A stretch of 64,000 nucleotides of DNA from assembly GCF_019417265.1 (NCBI RefSeq), contig NZ_DXVR01000001.1:9018-73017 (forward strand), read 5' to 3'. Source of the DNA: Bacteroides sp. Its GTDB lineage: Bacteria > Bacteroidota > Bacteroidia > Bacteroidales > Bacteroidaceae. The first letter of the stretch is position 1. The number at the start of each line of letters is the position of its first letter. A program made the position numbers and the translations under genes. Below are positions 51,830 through 62,436 of this stretch, one piece after another. The notes below the pieces were generated by a model. The model saw nothing but the letters and a program-made list of their open reading frames with translations, did not search any database and had not been told where the DNA came from.

Positions 51830-52783
51830 ATGAAAAATATCCTTATTATCGGTTCCACGGGCCAGATTGGTTCGGAACTTACCATGAAATTAAGAGGAAT
51901 ATATAATGGCAATATTGTTGCAGGTTATATTCCCGGCGCAAAACCAAATGAAACAATCAGAGAGTCAGGTCCGTGCGAGATTGTAGACATCACAAACGCA
52001 CAACAGATAGCGGACACTGTTTCAAAATACAAGATTGACACAATCTATAATCTTGCAGCTCTCTTGTCTGCCGTTGCAGAAGCCAAGCCTCAGCTTGCAT
52101 GGAAAATCGGAATGGGAGGTCTGTTCAATGTGCTGGAAGTGGCAAGAGAAATGAATAGTGCAGTATTTACTCCAAGCTCAATCGGTGTTTTCGGCAATAA
52201 TACTCCAAAGGACAAAACTCCACAGGACACTATCCGCAATCCGAGAACCATGTATGGAGTAACAAAGGTTTCAGGAGAACTTCTAAGCGATTATTACTTC
52301 ACAAGATTCGGTGTAGATACACGTTCGGTAAGATTTCCGGGACTGATTTCGTACGTCACTCCTCCCGGAGGCGGCACTACAGACTATGCTGTTGACATCT
52401 ATTATTCTGCCGCTAAAGGCGAGACTTTCGAATGTCCCATAGCCAAAGGTACCTTTATGGATATGATGTATATGCCGGATGCTCTCCGTGCTGCCATAGA
52501 GATAATGGAAGCCGACCCAAGCAAGTTCATCCACCGCAATTCGTTCAATATAGCCTCAATGAGCTTTGATCCGGAAATCATATTCAATAAGATTAAAGAA
52601 TACGAACCTGACTTCCGGATGAATTACAAGGTTGACCCATTAAGACAGGCAATCGCTGATTCATGGCCTAACTCACTCGATGACACTTGCGCACGCGAAG
52701 AATGGGGATGGAAACCTGAGTATGACCTGGATGAGATGACAAGAGACATGCTTGCGAAGCTGAAAGAGAAGTTTGGAAGATAG
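51830..52783 (+). CDS. L-threonine 3-dehydrogenase (SDR/epimerase type)
   Basis: GSTGQIG, LAALLSA, PSSIG, YGVTK, GGGTTDYAV; divergent from kbl. Confidence 0.88.
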   Translation: MKNILIIGSTGQIGSELTMKLRGIYNGNIVAGYIPGAKPNETIRESGPCEIVDITNAQQIADTVSKYKIDTIYNLAALLSAVAEAKPQLAWKIGMGGLFNVLEVAREMNSAVFTPSSIGVFGNNTPKDKTPQDTIRNPRTMYGVTKVSGELLSDYYFTRFGVDTRSVRFPGLISYVTPPGGGTTDYAVDIYYSAAKGETFECPIAKGTFMDMMYMPDALRAAIEIMEADPSKFIHRNSFNIASMSFDPEIIFNKIKEYEPDFRMNYKVDPLRQAIADSWPNSLDDTCAREEWGWKPEYDLDEMTRDMLAKLKEKFGR

Positions 52784-52829
52784 TTGTTAGTTGTTAGTTA
52801 TTAGTTGTTGGTTATTAGTTGTTGGTTGT
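52781..52829 (+). repeat. Heptamer tandem repeat (TAGTTGT-like x7)
   Basis: T(A/G)GTT(G/A)T x7, beginning at the stop codon of the dehydrogenase. Confidence 0.8.
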
Positions 52830-52860
52830 TTTAGTTAAGAAATAAATTATACCAAAAACA

Positions 52861-52896
52861 AAAAATCCCGGCCGTTACTAAGCGGTCGGGATTTTT
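52861..52896. terminator. Bidirectional intrinsic terminator
   Basis: AAAAATCCCGGCCG...CGGTCGGGATTTTT. Confidence 0.8.
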
Positions 52897-52916
52897 TATT
52901 TTATATCAATTTATGC

Positions 52917-55892
52917 TTAAGCTTTCTTTTCACCTTCAGGCATCTTGTTACCCATAGTAAGATAAGCAACAGGAGAAGCTACGAACAATGAAGAAAGTGT
53001 ACCTATTACAACACCGAGAATCATAGCAAATGCGAAGCTGCGGATACTGTCGCCACCAAGAATCAGAATACTCAACAATACGATAAGTGTACTGAGTGAA
53101 GTATTGATTGTACGGGCAAGTGTTGTATTCAGTGAATCATTGAACAACTGCATACGGTTGCGCTGCGGATAGAGTCCGAAGAACTCACGTACACGGTCGA
53201 AGATAACCACCTTATCGTTGATAGAGTAACCGATAGCTGTCAGGATAGCTCCGATGAATGTCTGGTCAATTTCAAGTGAGAACGGCATGATTCCGTAGAA
53301 CAATGAATAAGCACCGATAATCAGCAATGTATCTATTGCCAAAGCAACAGTAGCACCGATACTGAATGCGATATTGTTGAATCGGATAAGGATATACAGA
53401 CCGATTGCTATAAGAGCCAATGCTACAGACCAGATAGCTGAAGTCTTGATATCGTCAGCCACACTTGGACCTACCTTCTGAGAACTGATGATAGAACCTC
53501 CGGCACGGTTATCGCGGTCGATGAAGATTTCAAGTGTTGTACCTTCACCAAGCAAGTTACCTTCTTTCAAAGATTCATAAAGGAATGCTTCGATTTCAGC
53601 ATCGATAGTTGGAGAATCTTCTTCGATACGGTAGTTGGTAGTCACACGGATAGTCTTACCGTCTGTACCGAGAGCGATAGCCTGTACGTTTGCATCGCCA
53701 ACTTTTGGCTGAAGAAGGTTACGGACTGTTTCAGGCTGAACTACCTGTTCGAACTGAACTACGAAGTTACGTCCACCTGTAAAGTCGATACTCTGTGCAA
53801 GACCACGAACAAAGAATGAAACGATACATACTGCTATAGCGATTCCCCAGAATGTGAACGACTTCTTAGTTGCACCCATAAAGTTATAGCGTACATTCTG
53901 CATCAGGTTCTTAGAAATACCTGTAGTGAATGTAAGGTTCAACCACTTGTCTTTGTTCATATAGTGTTCGTAAACAATACGAGTCAGGAACACTGCTGTA
54001 AAGAACGAGCAGAAGATACCGATAATCAATGTAGTGGCGAAACCACGGATAGGACCTGTACCGAAGTTGAACAGGATGAAACCTGTGATGATAGAAGTCA
54101 AGTTAGAGTCGAAGATAGCCGAGAACGCATTTGAGTAACCTTCAGACAATGCCTGACGAGTACCCTTACCTGCGCGAAGCTCTTCTTTAGTACGTTCATA
54201 GATAAGCACGTTAGCATCCACAGCCATACCGAGTGACAATACCATACCGGCAATACCTGACATAGTAAGTGCAGCGTGGAACGAAGTAAGGATACCAAGT
54301 GTGAAGAAGAAGTTTACGAACAATGCAAGGTTGGCAATCATACCCGGGATGAAGCCGTACATTGCACACATGTAAACCATAAGAACAATCAAGGCAACAA
54401 TGAATGACATAACACCCTGGTTGATAGATTCCTGACCAAGAGAAGGACCTACGATGTCTTCCTGAACGATACGTGCAGGAGCAGGCATCTTACCAGACTT
54501 CAATACGTTTGCCAAGTCTTTTGTTACTTCAGGAGTAAAGTTACCTGTAATCTGTGAGTTACCACCGGTGATTTCACCGTTTACACGTGGAGCACTGTAA
54601 ACGTATCCGTCAAGTACGATAGCTATTTCACGACCGATGTTCTGTTTTGTAAGAACTGCCCAACGACGAGAACCTTCAGTGTTCATAGACATGCTTACAC
54701 ATGGCTTGTTGAACTGGTCGAATTCATCGCGTGCATTTACGATAACGTCACCTTCAAGTGGAGCACGTCCGTTGCGCTGAGTAGATTTGATGGCATAAAG
54801 TTCGAAGATACGGCCTGTCTTGTCCATATCCGAAGCCTTAACACCCCACATCAGTTTCAAATCACGTGGAAGGATGTTCTTCACTTCCTTCATGTTCAAT
54901 ACTTTATTAATCTGGATAGTATCGTTATAGTCAGCATAACCTACGATACAGCCTACACCACTCTGGTTCAACTGAAGAACAGACAACAAAGGATGTTCCT
55001 TCTTCAACTGTTCCATGTCTACCTTAGCTTCAACTGTTTCACCCTTCAATGCAGCAGTAAGACTATCCTTTGCAGATACAGCAGGTGCAGCTGCTTCAGC
55101 CTTAACCTCTACTGAGTCTGTTGATTCAGAAACAGAAAGGATATCGCGTGCACGGCTGTCTGCTGATGCAAGAACAGGAACGATTTCAGAAGCTTCGTAT
55201 GTTTCCCAGAACTCAAGGTTTGCAGAACCCTGGAGAAGTTTTCTCACACGTTCAGGTTCTTTGATACCAGGAAGTTCGACCATAATACGGCCCATCTTTC
55301 CTTCAAGAGTCTGAATGTTTGGCTGAACCACACCGAAACGGTCGATACGTGTACGCAATACATTATATGAGTTTTCTACAGCAGCCTTAACCTCTTCACG
55401 AAGAACAGCTTCTACTTCAGCGTCAGTGCTACGAGTGTTAACCTTGTCCTTCAACTGCTGAGTAGCGAAGATTTCAGCCAACTTGCCTTCAGGAGCCTGT
55501 TTCTTATACTCTCTTACGAACAATGTGATAAAATCTTCCTGACTTGTAATCTGCTGTTTTGCAGCTTCAGCCACAGCAGCATTGAAAGCCTCGTCCGGCT
55601 TGTTGTCAGCAAGTGTTTTTACTACGTCAGGAACAGACACTTCAAGAATGACGTTCATACCACCCTTCAGGTCAAGACCCAAACCAATCTCCATCTCACG
55701 GCAGTCTTTCAGCGAGTAAACTCCCAACCATACCTTTTTATTCTGCATAGAATCAAGGTAGTGTGCCGCACCCTTCGGGTCCTGTTCTGCAAGCTTCATG
55801 TGATGACGAGTCACGAACGAGAACGAAAGATAAAAGGCACATGCAAGGGTCAATAATACCGCAAAGACTTTTACAAATCCTTTGTTTTGCAT
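52917..55892 (-). CDS. secDF: Protein translocase subunit SecDF
   Basis: LGLDLKGG, VGPSLG, GMAVDANVLIYER, IDFTGG, GYSINDKVVIFDRVRE. Confidence 0.96.
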   Translation of the reverse strand: MQNKGFVKVFAVLLTLACAFYLSFSFVTRHHMKLAEQDPKGAAHYLDSMQNKKVWLGVYSLKDCREMEIGLGLDLKGGMNVILEVSVPDVVKTLADNKPDEAFNAAVAEAAKQQITSQEDFITLFVREYKKQAPEGKLAEIFATQQLKDKVNTRSTDAEVEAVLREEVKAAVENSYNVLRTRIDRFGVVQPNIQTLEGKMGRIMVELPGIKEPERVRKLLQGSANLEFWETYEASEIVPVLASADSRARDILSVSESTDSVEVKAEAAAPAVSAKDSLTAALKGETVEAKVDMEQLKKEHPLLSVLQLNQSGVGCIVGYADYNDTIQINKVLNMKEVKNILPRDLKLMWGVKASDMDKTGRIFELYAIKSTQRNGRAPLEGDVIVNARDEFDQFNKPCVSMSMNTEGSRRWAVLTKQNIGREIAIVLDGYVYSAPRVNGEITGGNSQITGNFTPEVTKDLANVLKSGKMPAPARIVQEDIVGPSLGQESINQGVMSFIVALIVLMVYMCAMYGFIPGMIANLALFVNFFFTLGILTSFHAALTMSGIAGMVLSLGMAVDANVLIYERTKEELRAGKGTRQALSEGYSNAFSAIFDSNLTSIITGFILFNFGTGPIRGFATTLIIGIFCSFFTAVFLTRIVYEHYMNKDKWLNLTFTTGISKNLMQNVRYNFMGATKKSFTFWGIAIAVCIVSFFVRGLAQSIDFTGGRNFVVQFEQVVQPETVRNLLQPKVGDANVQAIALGTDGKTIRVTTNYRIEEDSPTIDAEIEAFLYESLKEGNLLGEGTTLEIFIDRDNRAGGSIISSQKVGPSVADDIKTSAIWSVALALIAIGLYILIRFNNIAFSIGATVALAIDTLLIIGAYSLFYGIMPFSLEIDQTFIGAILTAIGYSINDKVVIFDRVREFFGLYPQRNRMQLFNDSLNTTLARTINTSLSTLIVLLSILILGGDSIRSFAFAMILGVVIGTLSSLFVASPVAYLTMGNKMPEGEKKA

Positions 55893-56014
55893 GATAGTTT
55901 AATTTATTTTATTTTACTTTTTTGATTAAATACGTTTTTTCAAGGTTGCAAATATAGCTTTTTTTTCTGTTTATAGCTGAAAGAATGCTGATATTTTGCT
56001 AAATATGAACAAAA

Positions 56015-56044
56015 AAGGTCGCAAAAACGTTATTTTGCGACCTT
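56015..56044 (-). terminator. Terminator after dcp
   Basis: AAGGTCGCAAAA...TTTTGCGACCTT with a T-tract on the minus strand. Confidence 0.7.
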
Positions 56045-56069
56045 AATATCAAATATTATCAAATTCGTA

Positions 56070-58163
56070 TTACTTTAATCCTCTGTTTTTCAGCATCGGT
56101 TCAATACTTGGTTCCTGTCCGCGGAAAGCCACGTAAAGTTTCATAGGATCATCCGAACCACCCTTCTCAAGAATATTCTTGCGGAAGGCAGTAGCGGTCG
56201 CCTCATCGAACAGGCCTTTTTCCTCGAACGCACTGAAAGCATCTGCATCAAGTCTTTCTGCCCACAGATAAGCATAGTATCCAGCTGCATATCCGCCGAT
56301 GATGTGGTTGAAGTAAGTGGCACGATAGCGTGGTGCAATCTGAGTAATCAATCCAAGTTTATCCATAACCTGCTTTTCGTATGCCATAACATCGAGTCCC
56401 TCAGTAGAGGTCAGCAGATGCAATTCCATATCAAGAATTGCTGCTGCAAGAAGCTCAGTTGTCATAAATCCACTGTTGAACAAAGCCTGATTTTCAATCT
56501 TGGCAATAAGTTCGTCAGATATAGTTTCTCTTGTCTGATAGTGTTTAGCGTAAACTTTCATTACTTCAGGAGCCATCGTCCAGTGTTCCATTATCTGAGA
56601 TGGAAGTTCTACGAAATCACGCGCTACAGATGTACCCGAAACGCCATAGTACTTACACTGTGAAAGCATTCCGTGGAGCGCATGTCCGAACTCGTGGAAC
56701 ATAGTGCGAGCCTCGTCGATAGAAAGCAGTGAAGGAACATCGCCTACAGGTTTTGTAAAGCTGCCTACATTATATATAATAGGACGTACACCCTCTTTCT
56801 GTTCGCGGAAGTTGCTCATCCATGCACCGCTTCTCTTGCTTGAGCGTGGCATATAGTCTGAATAGAACACACCGAGGTATGAACCGTCTGCATCGTTCAC
56901 GATGTAAGTTTCTACATCCTTATTATATACAGAGATAGAGTCAACCTTTGTGAGAGTGATTCCATACAGTTTGTTTACAACATAGAACAATCCGCTTCTT
57001 ACGTCTTCAAGGCTGAAATACGGTTTAATTTCATCCTCATTCAGATTATATTTCTCCTGACGAAGTTTTTCTGCATAATACCACCAGTCCCATGCCTCAA
57101 GTTTCTCTCCTTTACCTTCCTTGTCCATAATCTTCTGCAACTCGGCAGCTTCAGTCTTGGCATTCTTGATAGAATATTTCCAAAGCTCGTTCAGGAAGTT
57201 CATCACGTTTTCAGGAGTCTTGGCCATATTGTTCTGAAGAACGTACTGTGCATAGTTGTCGAATCCCATCAGTTTAGCCTTTTCCAGACGAAGAGTAAGA
57301 ATCTGCTTCAACACCTCTTTGTTGTCGTTGGCATCACCATTGTTACCCATATTGGTATATGCCTGATACATCTTCTTTCTCAGTTCACGGTTCTGGGCGT
57401 ACTGCAGGAACGGAGTTCTGCTTGAAGCCTGAAGAGTGAAAAGCCACTTGCCTTCCATACCGTTAGCCTTTGCCTCTGTAGCTGCACCAGCTATTACAGA
57501 CTCAGGAAGACCTGCAAGGTCAGCCTCATTGTCGATAACCAGCCGGAAAGCATTATTTTCAGCCAATACATGATTGCCGAACTCTATCGAAAGAGTAGAC
57601 AGTTTACTGTTTATCTCGCGAAGCTTTTCCTGGCTTTCTGCATCCAGAGAGGCTCCAGATGATACAAATCTCTTATAATACTTGTCAAGCAGATAGTGCT
57701 GTTCGGTAGTAAGCTGAATTTCTCCGTTAGCCTCCTGTTCGTGAACAGCAGCCACACGCTGATACAAATCGATGTTCAGATAGATATTGTCATTATGAGC
57801 CGACAACACCGGAGCCATCTTCTCCTCCAAGGCCATAAGTCCGTCGTTGGTATCAGCCTCAGTAAGAGCATAGAACACACCTGCCACTCTTGACAGAATC
57901 TCGCCGCTGTTGTCAAGTGCAACGATAGTATTCTCGAAAGTAGGTTTAGCCGGATTTTCCACTATAGCCTTAATCTCGGCATTCTGCTGTTCGATACCTT
58001 TCAGGAAAGCCGGTTCATAGTGTTCCAACTTGATATTGTTAAAGTCCGGAGTTCCGTACGGTGTCTGGAACTCTGTCATAAACGGATTTACCGTATCCGC
58101 CTGTTTCTGACCGCATGCACACACCATGCCGCCTAAAGCCAAAGCCATCATTACTTGTTTCAT
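56070..58163 (-). CDS. dcp: M3 family metallopeptidase (peptidyl-dipeptidase Dcp-like), lipoprotein
   Basis: FHEFGHALH (HExxH), DFVELPSQ, GYAAGYYAYLWA; lipobox-like CACG. Confidence 0.9.
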   Translation of the reverse strand: MKQVMMALALGGMVCACGQKQADTVNPFMTEFQTPYGTPDFNNIKLEHYEPAFLKGIEQQNAEIKAIVENPAKPTFENTIVALDNSGEILSRVAGVFYALTEADTNDGLMALEEKMAPVLSAHNDNIYLNIDLYQRVAAVHEQEANGEIQLTTEQHYLLDKYYKRFVSSGASLDAESQEKLREINSKLSTLSIEFGNHVLAENNAFRLVIDNEADLAGLPESVIAGAATEAKANGMEGKWLFTLQASSRTPFLQYAQNRELRKKMYQAYTNMGNNGDANDNKEVLKQILTLRLEKAKLMGFDNYAQYVLQNNMAKTPENVMNFLNELWKYSIKNAKTEAAELQKIMDKEGKGEKLEAWDWWYYAEKLRQEKYNLNEDEIKPYFSLEDVRSGLFYVVNKLYGITLTKVDSISVYNKDVETYIVNDADGSYLGVFYSDYMPRSSKRSGAWMSNFREQKEGVRPIIYNVGSFTKPVGDVPSLLSIDEARTMFHEFGHALHGMLSQCKYYGVSGTSVARDFVELPSQIMEHWTMAPEVMKVYAKHYQTRETISDELIAKIENQALFNSGFMTTELLAAAILDMELHLLTSTEGLDVMAYEKQVMDKLGLITQIAPRYRATYFNHIIGGYAAGYYAYLWAERLDADAFSAFEEKGLFDEATATAFRKNILEKGGSDDPMKLYVAFRGQEPSIEPMLKNRGLK

Positions 58164-58181
58164 ATGTTTTGAGTTTTTGGA

Positions 58182-59252
58182 TTATCTTTTTAATTCCAGT
58201 CTGCATCTCAGCGGATAATGGTCGGAAGCATCTATCGAATCATCCACCCGGCAATCCGGCACTCTGTAGGCATCGCCCACCATAATGTGGTCTATTCTGA
58301 AATACAGAAAGTTTCTGTTATAAGTTATTCCCGGTCCGTTTCCGGCCTCAATATATGCATCCTGCAGTTTCTCCGAAATCCTGTTGTGGACATACGACAC
58401 AGGAGTATCATTAAAATCGCCGCACACTATCATATAAGGAGAATAGTTCTGCTCGATATATTCCGAGATAACATCCGCCTGCGGTCCGCGTATAGCCATT
58501 GCATCAGCCAGTTTCTTAAATAGATGCTTACTACCGCTTTTCACCTTATTTTCATCCGGAGCCTTAAGCATATCCGTATATACTTCCTTGTCGTGAGCAT
58601 CAAGTTTGTTCGACTCCAAATGATTGACTATCACCGGGATATCATATTCCTTATACTTGACAGAGAAAGCTACACTGCCGTTATACTTACTTTCTATATC
58701 TATATTCTCGATAAGTTTAACAGGATATTTGGAATAGCATGCCATGGAATTTCCGTTCACTGTATGAACTCTCACGTACGGATAAACCTTCTGTAAAGCG
58801 TTCTTTATCTTTGCATTATGTGCAGGATATTCCTGAAGACACACTATATCCGCACCGGACTCTCTGATATAATCCAACACGGGATTTACCCGCCTTCCGT
58901 CGGCCGCTTTCCGGTGCTGCATCTGCATCACATTATAAGTCAGCAACTCCAATGTATCGCCTCCCGAAGCTTCTGTAGAAAGATTAATCGGAGAATAGGA
59001 CATGAGCGAATTCCATCCCAACAGGAAGAAAGCCACAGGAACAATCATCATTTTCCATTTCATAAAAGCCCAGAACACCACAAAACACATGTTCAGGATT
59101 ATGAATATCGGAATGAAAAGCCCTGCACACGCCCACAAAGGATGTTGCACAGGCGAAATCATAGGACTGTAGGCACATATCAGAAAACATACACCTACAA
59201 TGATATTGATAATCAGAAAAAAGAACTTGAATGTATTCCTAATGAATTTCAT
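58182..59252 (-). CDS. Endonuclease/exonuclease/phosphatase family membrane protein
   Basis: N-terminal TM helices; TYNV, CLQE, HLES, GDFND, IDH, SDH motifs. Confidence 0.9.
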   Translation of the reverse strand: MKFIRNTFKFFFLIINIIVGVCFLICAYSPMISPVQHPLWACAGLFIPIFIILNMCFVVFWAFMKWKMMIVPVAFFLLGWNSLMSYSPINLSTEASGGDTLELLTYNVMQMQHRKAADGRRVNPVLDYIRESGADIVCLQEYPAHNAKIKNALQKVYPYVRVHTVNGNSMACYSKYPVKLIENIDIESKYNGSVAFSVKYKEYDIPVIVNHLESNKLDAHDKEVYTDMLKAPDENKVKSGSKHLFKKLADAMAIRGPQADVISEYIEQNYSPYMIVCGDFNDTPVSYVHNRISEKLQDAYIEAGNGPGITYNRNFLYFRIDHIMVGDAYRVPDCRVDDSIDASDHYPLRCRLELKR

Positions 59253-60142
59253 CTTCTGCTGGCATCAAAAAGTTTCTTTTTCTCATCCTCCGACAGACTT
59301 CCGTAACCGGACTTTCTCAGTTTCTCAAGGATACGGTTTATCTCGTCCTCATCAGCCTTCTTACGAGCATTATAATCATATTGCTGCTGTCGTTCGCCAT
59401 AATGTACCTTCATTTTCGGTTTACGTTTCGGCAGTTTGAATCCTCCGGCAAAGAAATCGATAACAGCATTAATCCACTTTGTTACATCATTACCTTTTGC
59501 CAGTCCAGTAGAAAACCAGAAACCGGCCGCTGCGCCACCAAGATGAGCAATATGCCCTCCGGCATTGCTGGAAGTCATGAAAAGCAAATCAAAGAGCACC
59601 ATAAACAATGCCACATATTTCAGTCGGACAGTACCTATAAACATAAACTGCACCGGAAACTCAGGCTCCCTGACCGCCGTAGCCACAACTATGGCAAGCA
59701 CCGATGCAGATGCCCCGACAAGTGTCGCTACTTCTCTGCTGTATTCAAAATACGGAAAAACATTGTACGAAATCATATAAAGCAGTCCGCCGCATAATCC
59801 TCCCAGGACATACAGTCCGCGCAAGTGTTTCGACGAATAGAAGTTCAGAAACAACCGTCCGAACCAGTACAGCCATAACATATTGAACAGTATATGAAAT
59901 ATGCCGCCATGCATAAACATATACGTTACGACCGACCATGGCTGATATATAAACTCTTTCAATGAGGCCGGAAGACTGAGATATGACGCGACAGGATTAT
60001 AAGGGACATTGAAAAGCATCAGAAAGACACCCACCAACTCCACAAAGACGAAAACCACACAGTTTATCAGTATCAGTCGTCCTACTATATCACGACCGAA
60101 GAAGTTATACTTCAAATCAGTAGTAAATCTGTCCGCTGCCAT
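59249..60142 (-). CDS. Rhomboid intramembrane serine protease
   Basis: HILFNM, GASAS, AHLGG; C-terminal ILEKLRKSGYGSLS domain. Confidence 0.92.
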   Translation of the reverse strand: MAADRFTTDLKYNFFGRDIVGRLILINCVVFVFVELVGVFLMLFNVPYNPVASYLSLPASLKEFIYQPWSVVTYMFMHGGIFHILFNMLWLYWFGRLFLNFYSSKHLRGLYVLGGLCGGLLYMISYNVFPYFEYSREVATLVGASASVLAIVVATAVREPEFPVQFMFIGTVRLKYVALFMVLFDLLFMTSSNAGGHIAHLGGAAAGFWFSTGLAKGNDVTKWINAVIDFFAGGFKLPKRKPKMKVHYGERQQQYDYNARKKADEDEINRILEKLRKSGYGSLSEDEKKKLFDASRR

Positions 60143-60794
60143 TTTTCTTCCTCCAGTATAAAATAAGAATCAAGCCGAAAAGCATACCTCCGAGATGTGC
60201 GAAATGCGCAACATTGTCGTTGGCAGACATTCCCATGAACAGTTCCACCAAAGCATAGAATATAACGAAGACCTTCGCCTTTATCGGGAAAGGAAGAGGG
60301 AATACGAACATCTGGCTGTTCGGGAAAAGCATACCGAATGCCAACAAGATACCATATACGGCACCCGAAGCTCCGACCGTACGCATCATGTTGAGATATT
60401 CCTCCATAGGGATAACTCCGAGGGATGTCTGTACACCATCGTAATTCACCAATGTAGTTTCGTATTGGATAAACTGCACCAACTCCTGGATAAGTCCGGC
60501 ACCGATACCACACACCATATAATATATGAGAAATCTCTTCGGTCCCCAAACCTGCTCAAGCACACGTCCGAACATCCACAGGGCAAACATATTGAAGAAA
60601 ATATGGGAAAATCCTGCGTGCATGAACATATATGTCACTAACTGCCCCATATTGAAATCGGATGCCATAAAGAAGTGCAGACTCAGAATCTTGTCGGCAT
60701 CTATACCATATTTTTCTGCCACTATCGCGCCGAAAAAGCACAGTACATTGATGATAAGCAGATTTTTCGTTATCGGTGGAATGTTGTTATTCAT
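60117..60794 (-). CDS. Rhomboid intramembrane serine protease
   Basis: HIFFNM, GASGA, AHLGG. Confidence 0.92.
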   Translation of the reverse strand: MNNNIPPITKNLLIINVLCFFGAIVAEKYGIDADKILSLHFFMASDFNMGQLVTYMFMHAGFSHIFFNMFALWMFGRVLEQVWGPKRFLIYYMVCGIGAGLIQELVQFIQYETTLVNYDGVQTSLGVIPMEEYLNMMRTVGASGAVYGILLAFGMLFPNSQMFVFPLPFPIKAKVFVIFYALVELFMGMSANDNVAHFAHLGGMLFGLILILYWRKKNGSGQIYY

Positions 60795-60918
60795 ACTCTT
60801 AACAATTAATTTACAAATAAACAGATTATTATCCTCTGTATGAAAATTACTTGCAAAAGTAACATTATATTCCTTTATAATGAAAAGTGTTAGTGTTTTT
60901 TACATATTCGGGCGGAAA

Positions 60919-61069
60919 TGCTTTCTGCAGAAAGCGTTTTATTCCAATACATTTTTTTAATAGAAATCTAAAATTATAGTAGAAAAGCTTTTTATATTAA
61001 ACAAAAAATGCATACATTTGCTTTCTGCAAAAAGCATTTTCTCACTAAAATTGCTTTCTGCAAAAAGCA
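60919..61069. promoter_or_regulatory. Three 18-bp palindromic operator-like sites
   Basis: TGCTTTCTGCA(G/A)AAAGC(G/A) at 60919, 61019 and 61052. Confidence 0.7.
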
Positions 61070-61091
61070 ATATATATTAATAATCATAGTC

Positions 61092-62291
61092 ATGGATACA
61101 CTTTTTGAAAAACAAAACGCAATGTTACGCGCTACAAGCATGAATATCACCAGAAGCTTCATGCAACAAATCAACTGGTCTGCTCCGATGCTATGCATAA
61201 GAGGAGCCAGAGGAGTGGGCAAATCCACCCTACTGCGACAATACATTAAACAGCACTTTGTGCCCGGTAGCGAAGAAGCGTTATACTGTTCTTTGGATTG
61301 GGTATACTTCAGCCAACATACAATAATAGAAACAGCCGAAAGATTTTATAAGCGTGGAGGTAAGTTTTTAGCTTTGGATGAAGTCCATAAATATGAAAAC
61401 TGGAGCAGAGAAATAAAAGAAATTACTGAAATCTATCCGGACATGAAGATAGTTTTGAGCTGTTCTTCCATGCTAAGTCTTCTAAATGGAGATGCTGATT
61501 TATCTCGCCGGTGCCGGGGTTACGACATGCCTGGATTATCATTCAGAGAGTTTCTGCAATTTTACAAAAGCATAGACATTCCTGTTTACACGTTGGAAAA
61601 TATATTGCAAAACCCTATATTCCTTGCCATGGAAGTAAACAGCAAATGCCGCCCTATTCAATATTTCCATGAATACTTGAAATACGGCTATTACCCATTC
61701 TATCTGACTAATCCAATCGACTACTATACTTTAATAGAACAAACTATAAATTATGTAATAGACGTAGAACTCCCGCAACTCAGAAACATAAACACAGCTA
61801 ATACCAGAAAAATAAAGGCATTACTTAATGTGTTAGCTCAAAATGTGCCTTACGAAGTCGACATATCGAAATTGTCATCTATTACCGGTTTGCAAAGAAA
61901 CACCGTACTTGATTACTTGAACCATCTTAACGATGCAAAAATCATAAAACTGTTATACAGTGACATTACTTCAGTAAAGAAAATGCAAAAACCGGACAAG
62001 ATATTTCTTGACTCACCAAATCTGCTTTACGCTCTCGCAACAGTACCTGTAAAGATTGGAACTGTCAGAGAATGCTTCACAGTAAATCAGTTAAGTCATG
62101 CCCACACAATAGAATATGGAAAAGCACAAGGTGATTTTAGAATTGACGGAAAATGGACGTTTGAGGTGGGAGGAGAAAACAAATCCTACTCACAGATTGC
62201 AGACATTCCTGATTCTTACGTTCTTGCGGATGACATAGAAACCCCACATGGCAATAAAATCCCTTTATGGATGATGGGATTTTTGTACTAA
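61092..62291 (+). CDS. AAA+ ATPase (AAA_14 type) with wHTH and DUF4143-like C-terminal region
   Basis: GARGVGKST Walker A, LALDEVHKY Walker B, ADLSRR, GLSFREF, KPDKIFL, GDF...FEVGG. Start at the ATG of MDTLFE. Confidence 0.85.
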   Translation: MDTLFEKQNAMLRATSMNITRSFMQQINWSAPMLCIRGARGVGKSTLLRQYIKQHFVPGSEEALYCSLDWVYFSQHTIIETAERFYKRGGKFLALDEVHKYENWSREIKEITEIYPDMKIVLSCSSMLSLLNGDADLSRRCRGYDMPGLSFREFLQFYKSIDIPVYTLENILQNPIFLAMEVNSKCRPIQYFHEYLKYGYYPFYLTNPIDYYTLIEQTINYVIDVELPQLRNINTANTRKIKALLNVLAQNVPYEVDISKLSSITGLQRNTVLDYLNHLNDAKIIKLLYSDITSVKKMQKPDKIFLDSPNLLYALATVPVKIGTVRECFTVNQLSHAHTIEYGKAQGDFRIDGKWTFEVGGENKSYSQIADIPDSYVLADDIETPHGNKIPLWMMGFLY

Positions 62292-62313
62292 GCCTCACCG
62301 TAATAAACCATAC

Positions 62314-62436
62314 CCCGAAATTCCCCGGCACAGCCACATACACCGGATGGCTCTTATATCCGATATTCTCCAGCCTGCCCTCACTAAGGAAGCGGTTGAT
62401 GTACTGGTTTGCTATATACCGCGTTATGGAACAGAT
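62314..62436 (-). pseudogene. Start-less remnant resembling the C-terminal winged HTH of Bacteroidales HU-like DNA-binding proteins
   Basis: Translates as ICSITRYIANQYINRFLSEGRLENIGYKSHPVYVAVPGNFG, directly after the wbqC stop. The similarity is recalled, not searched. Confidence 0.4.
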
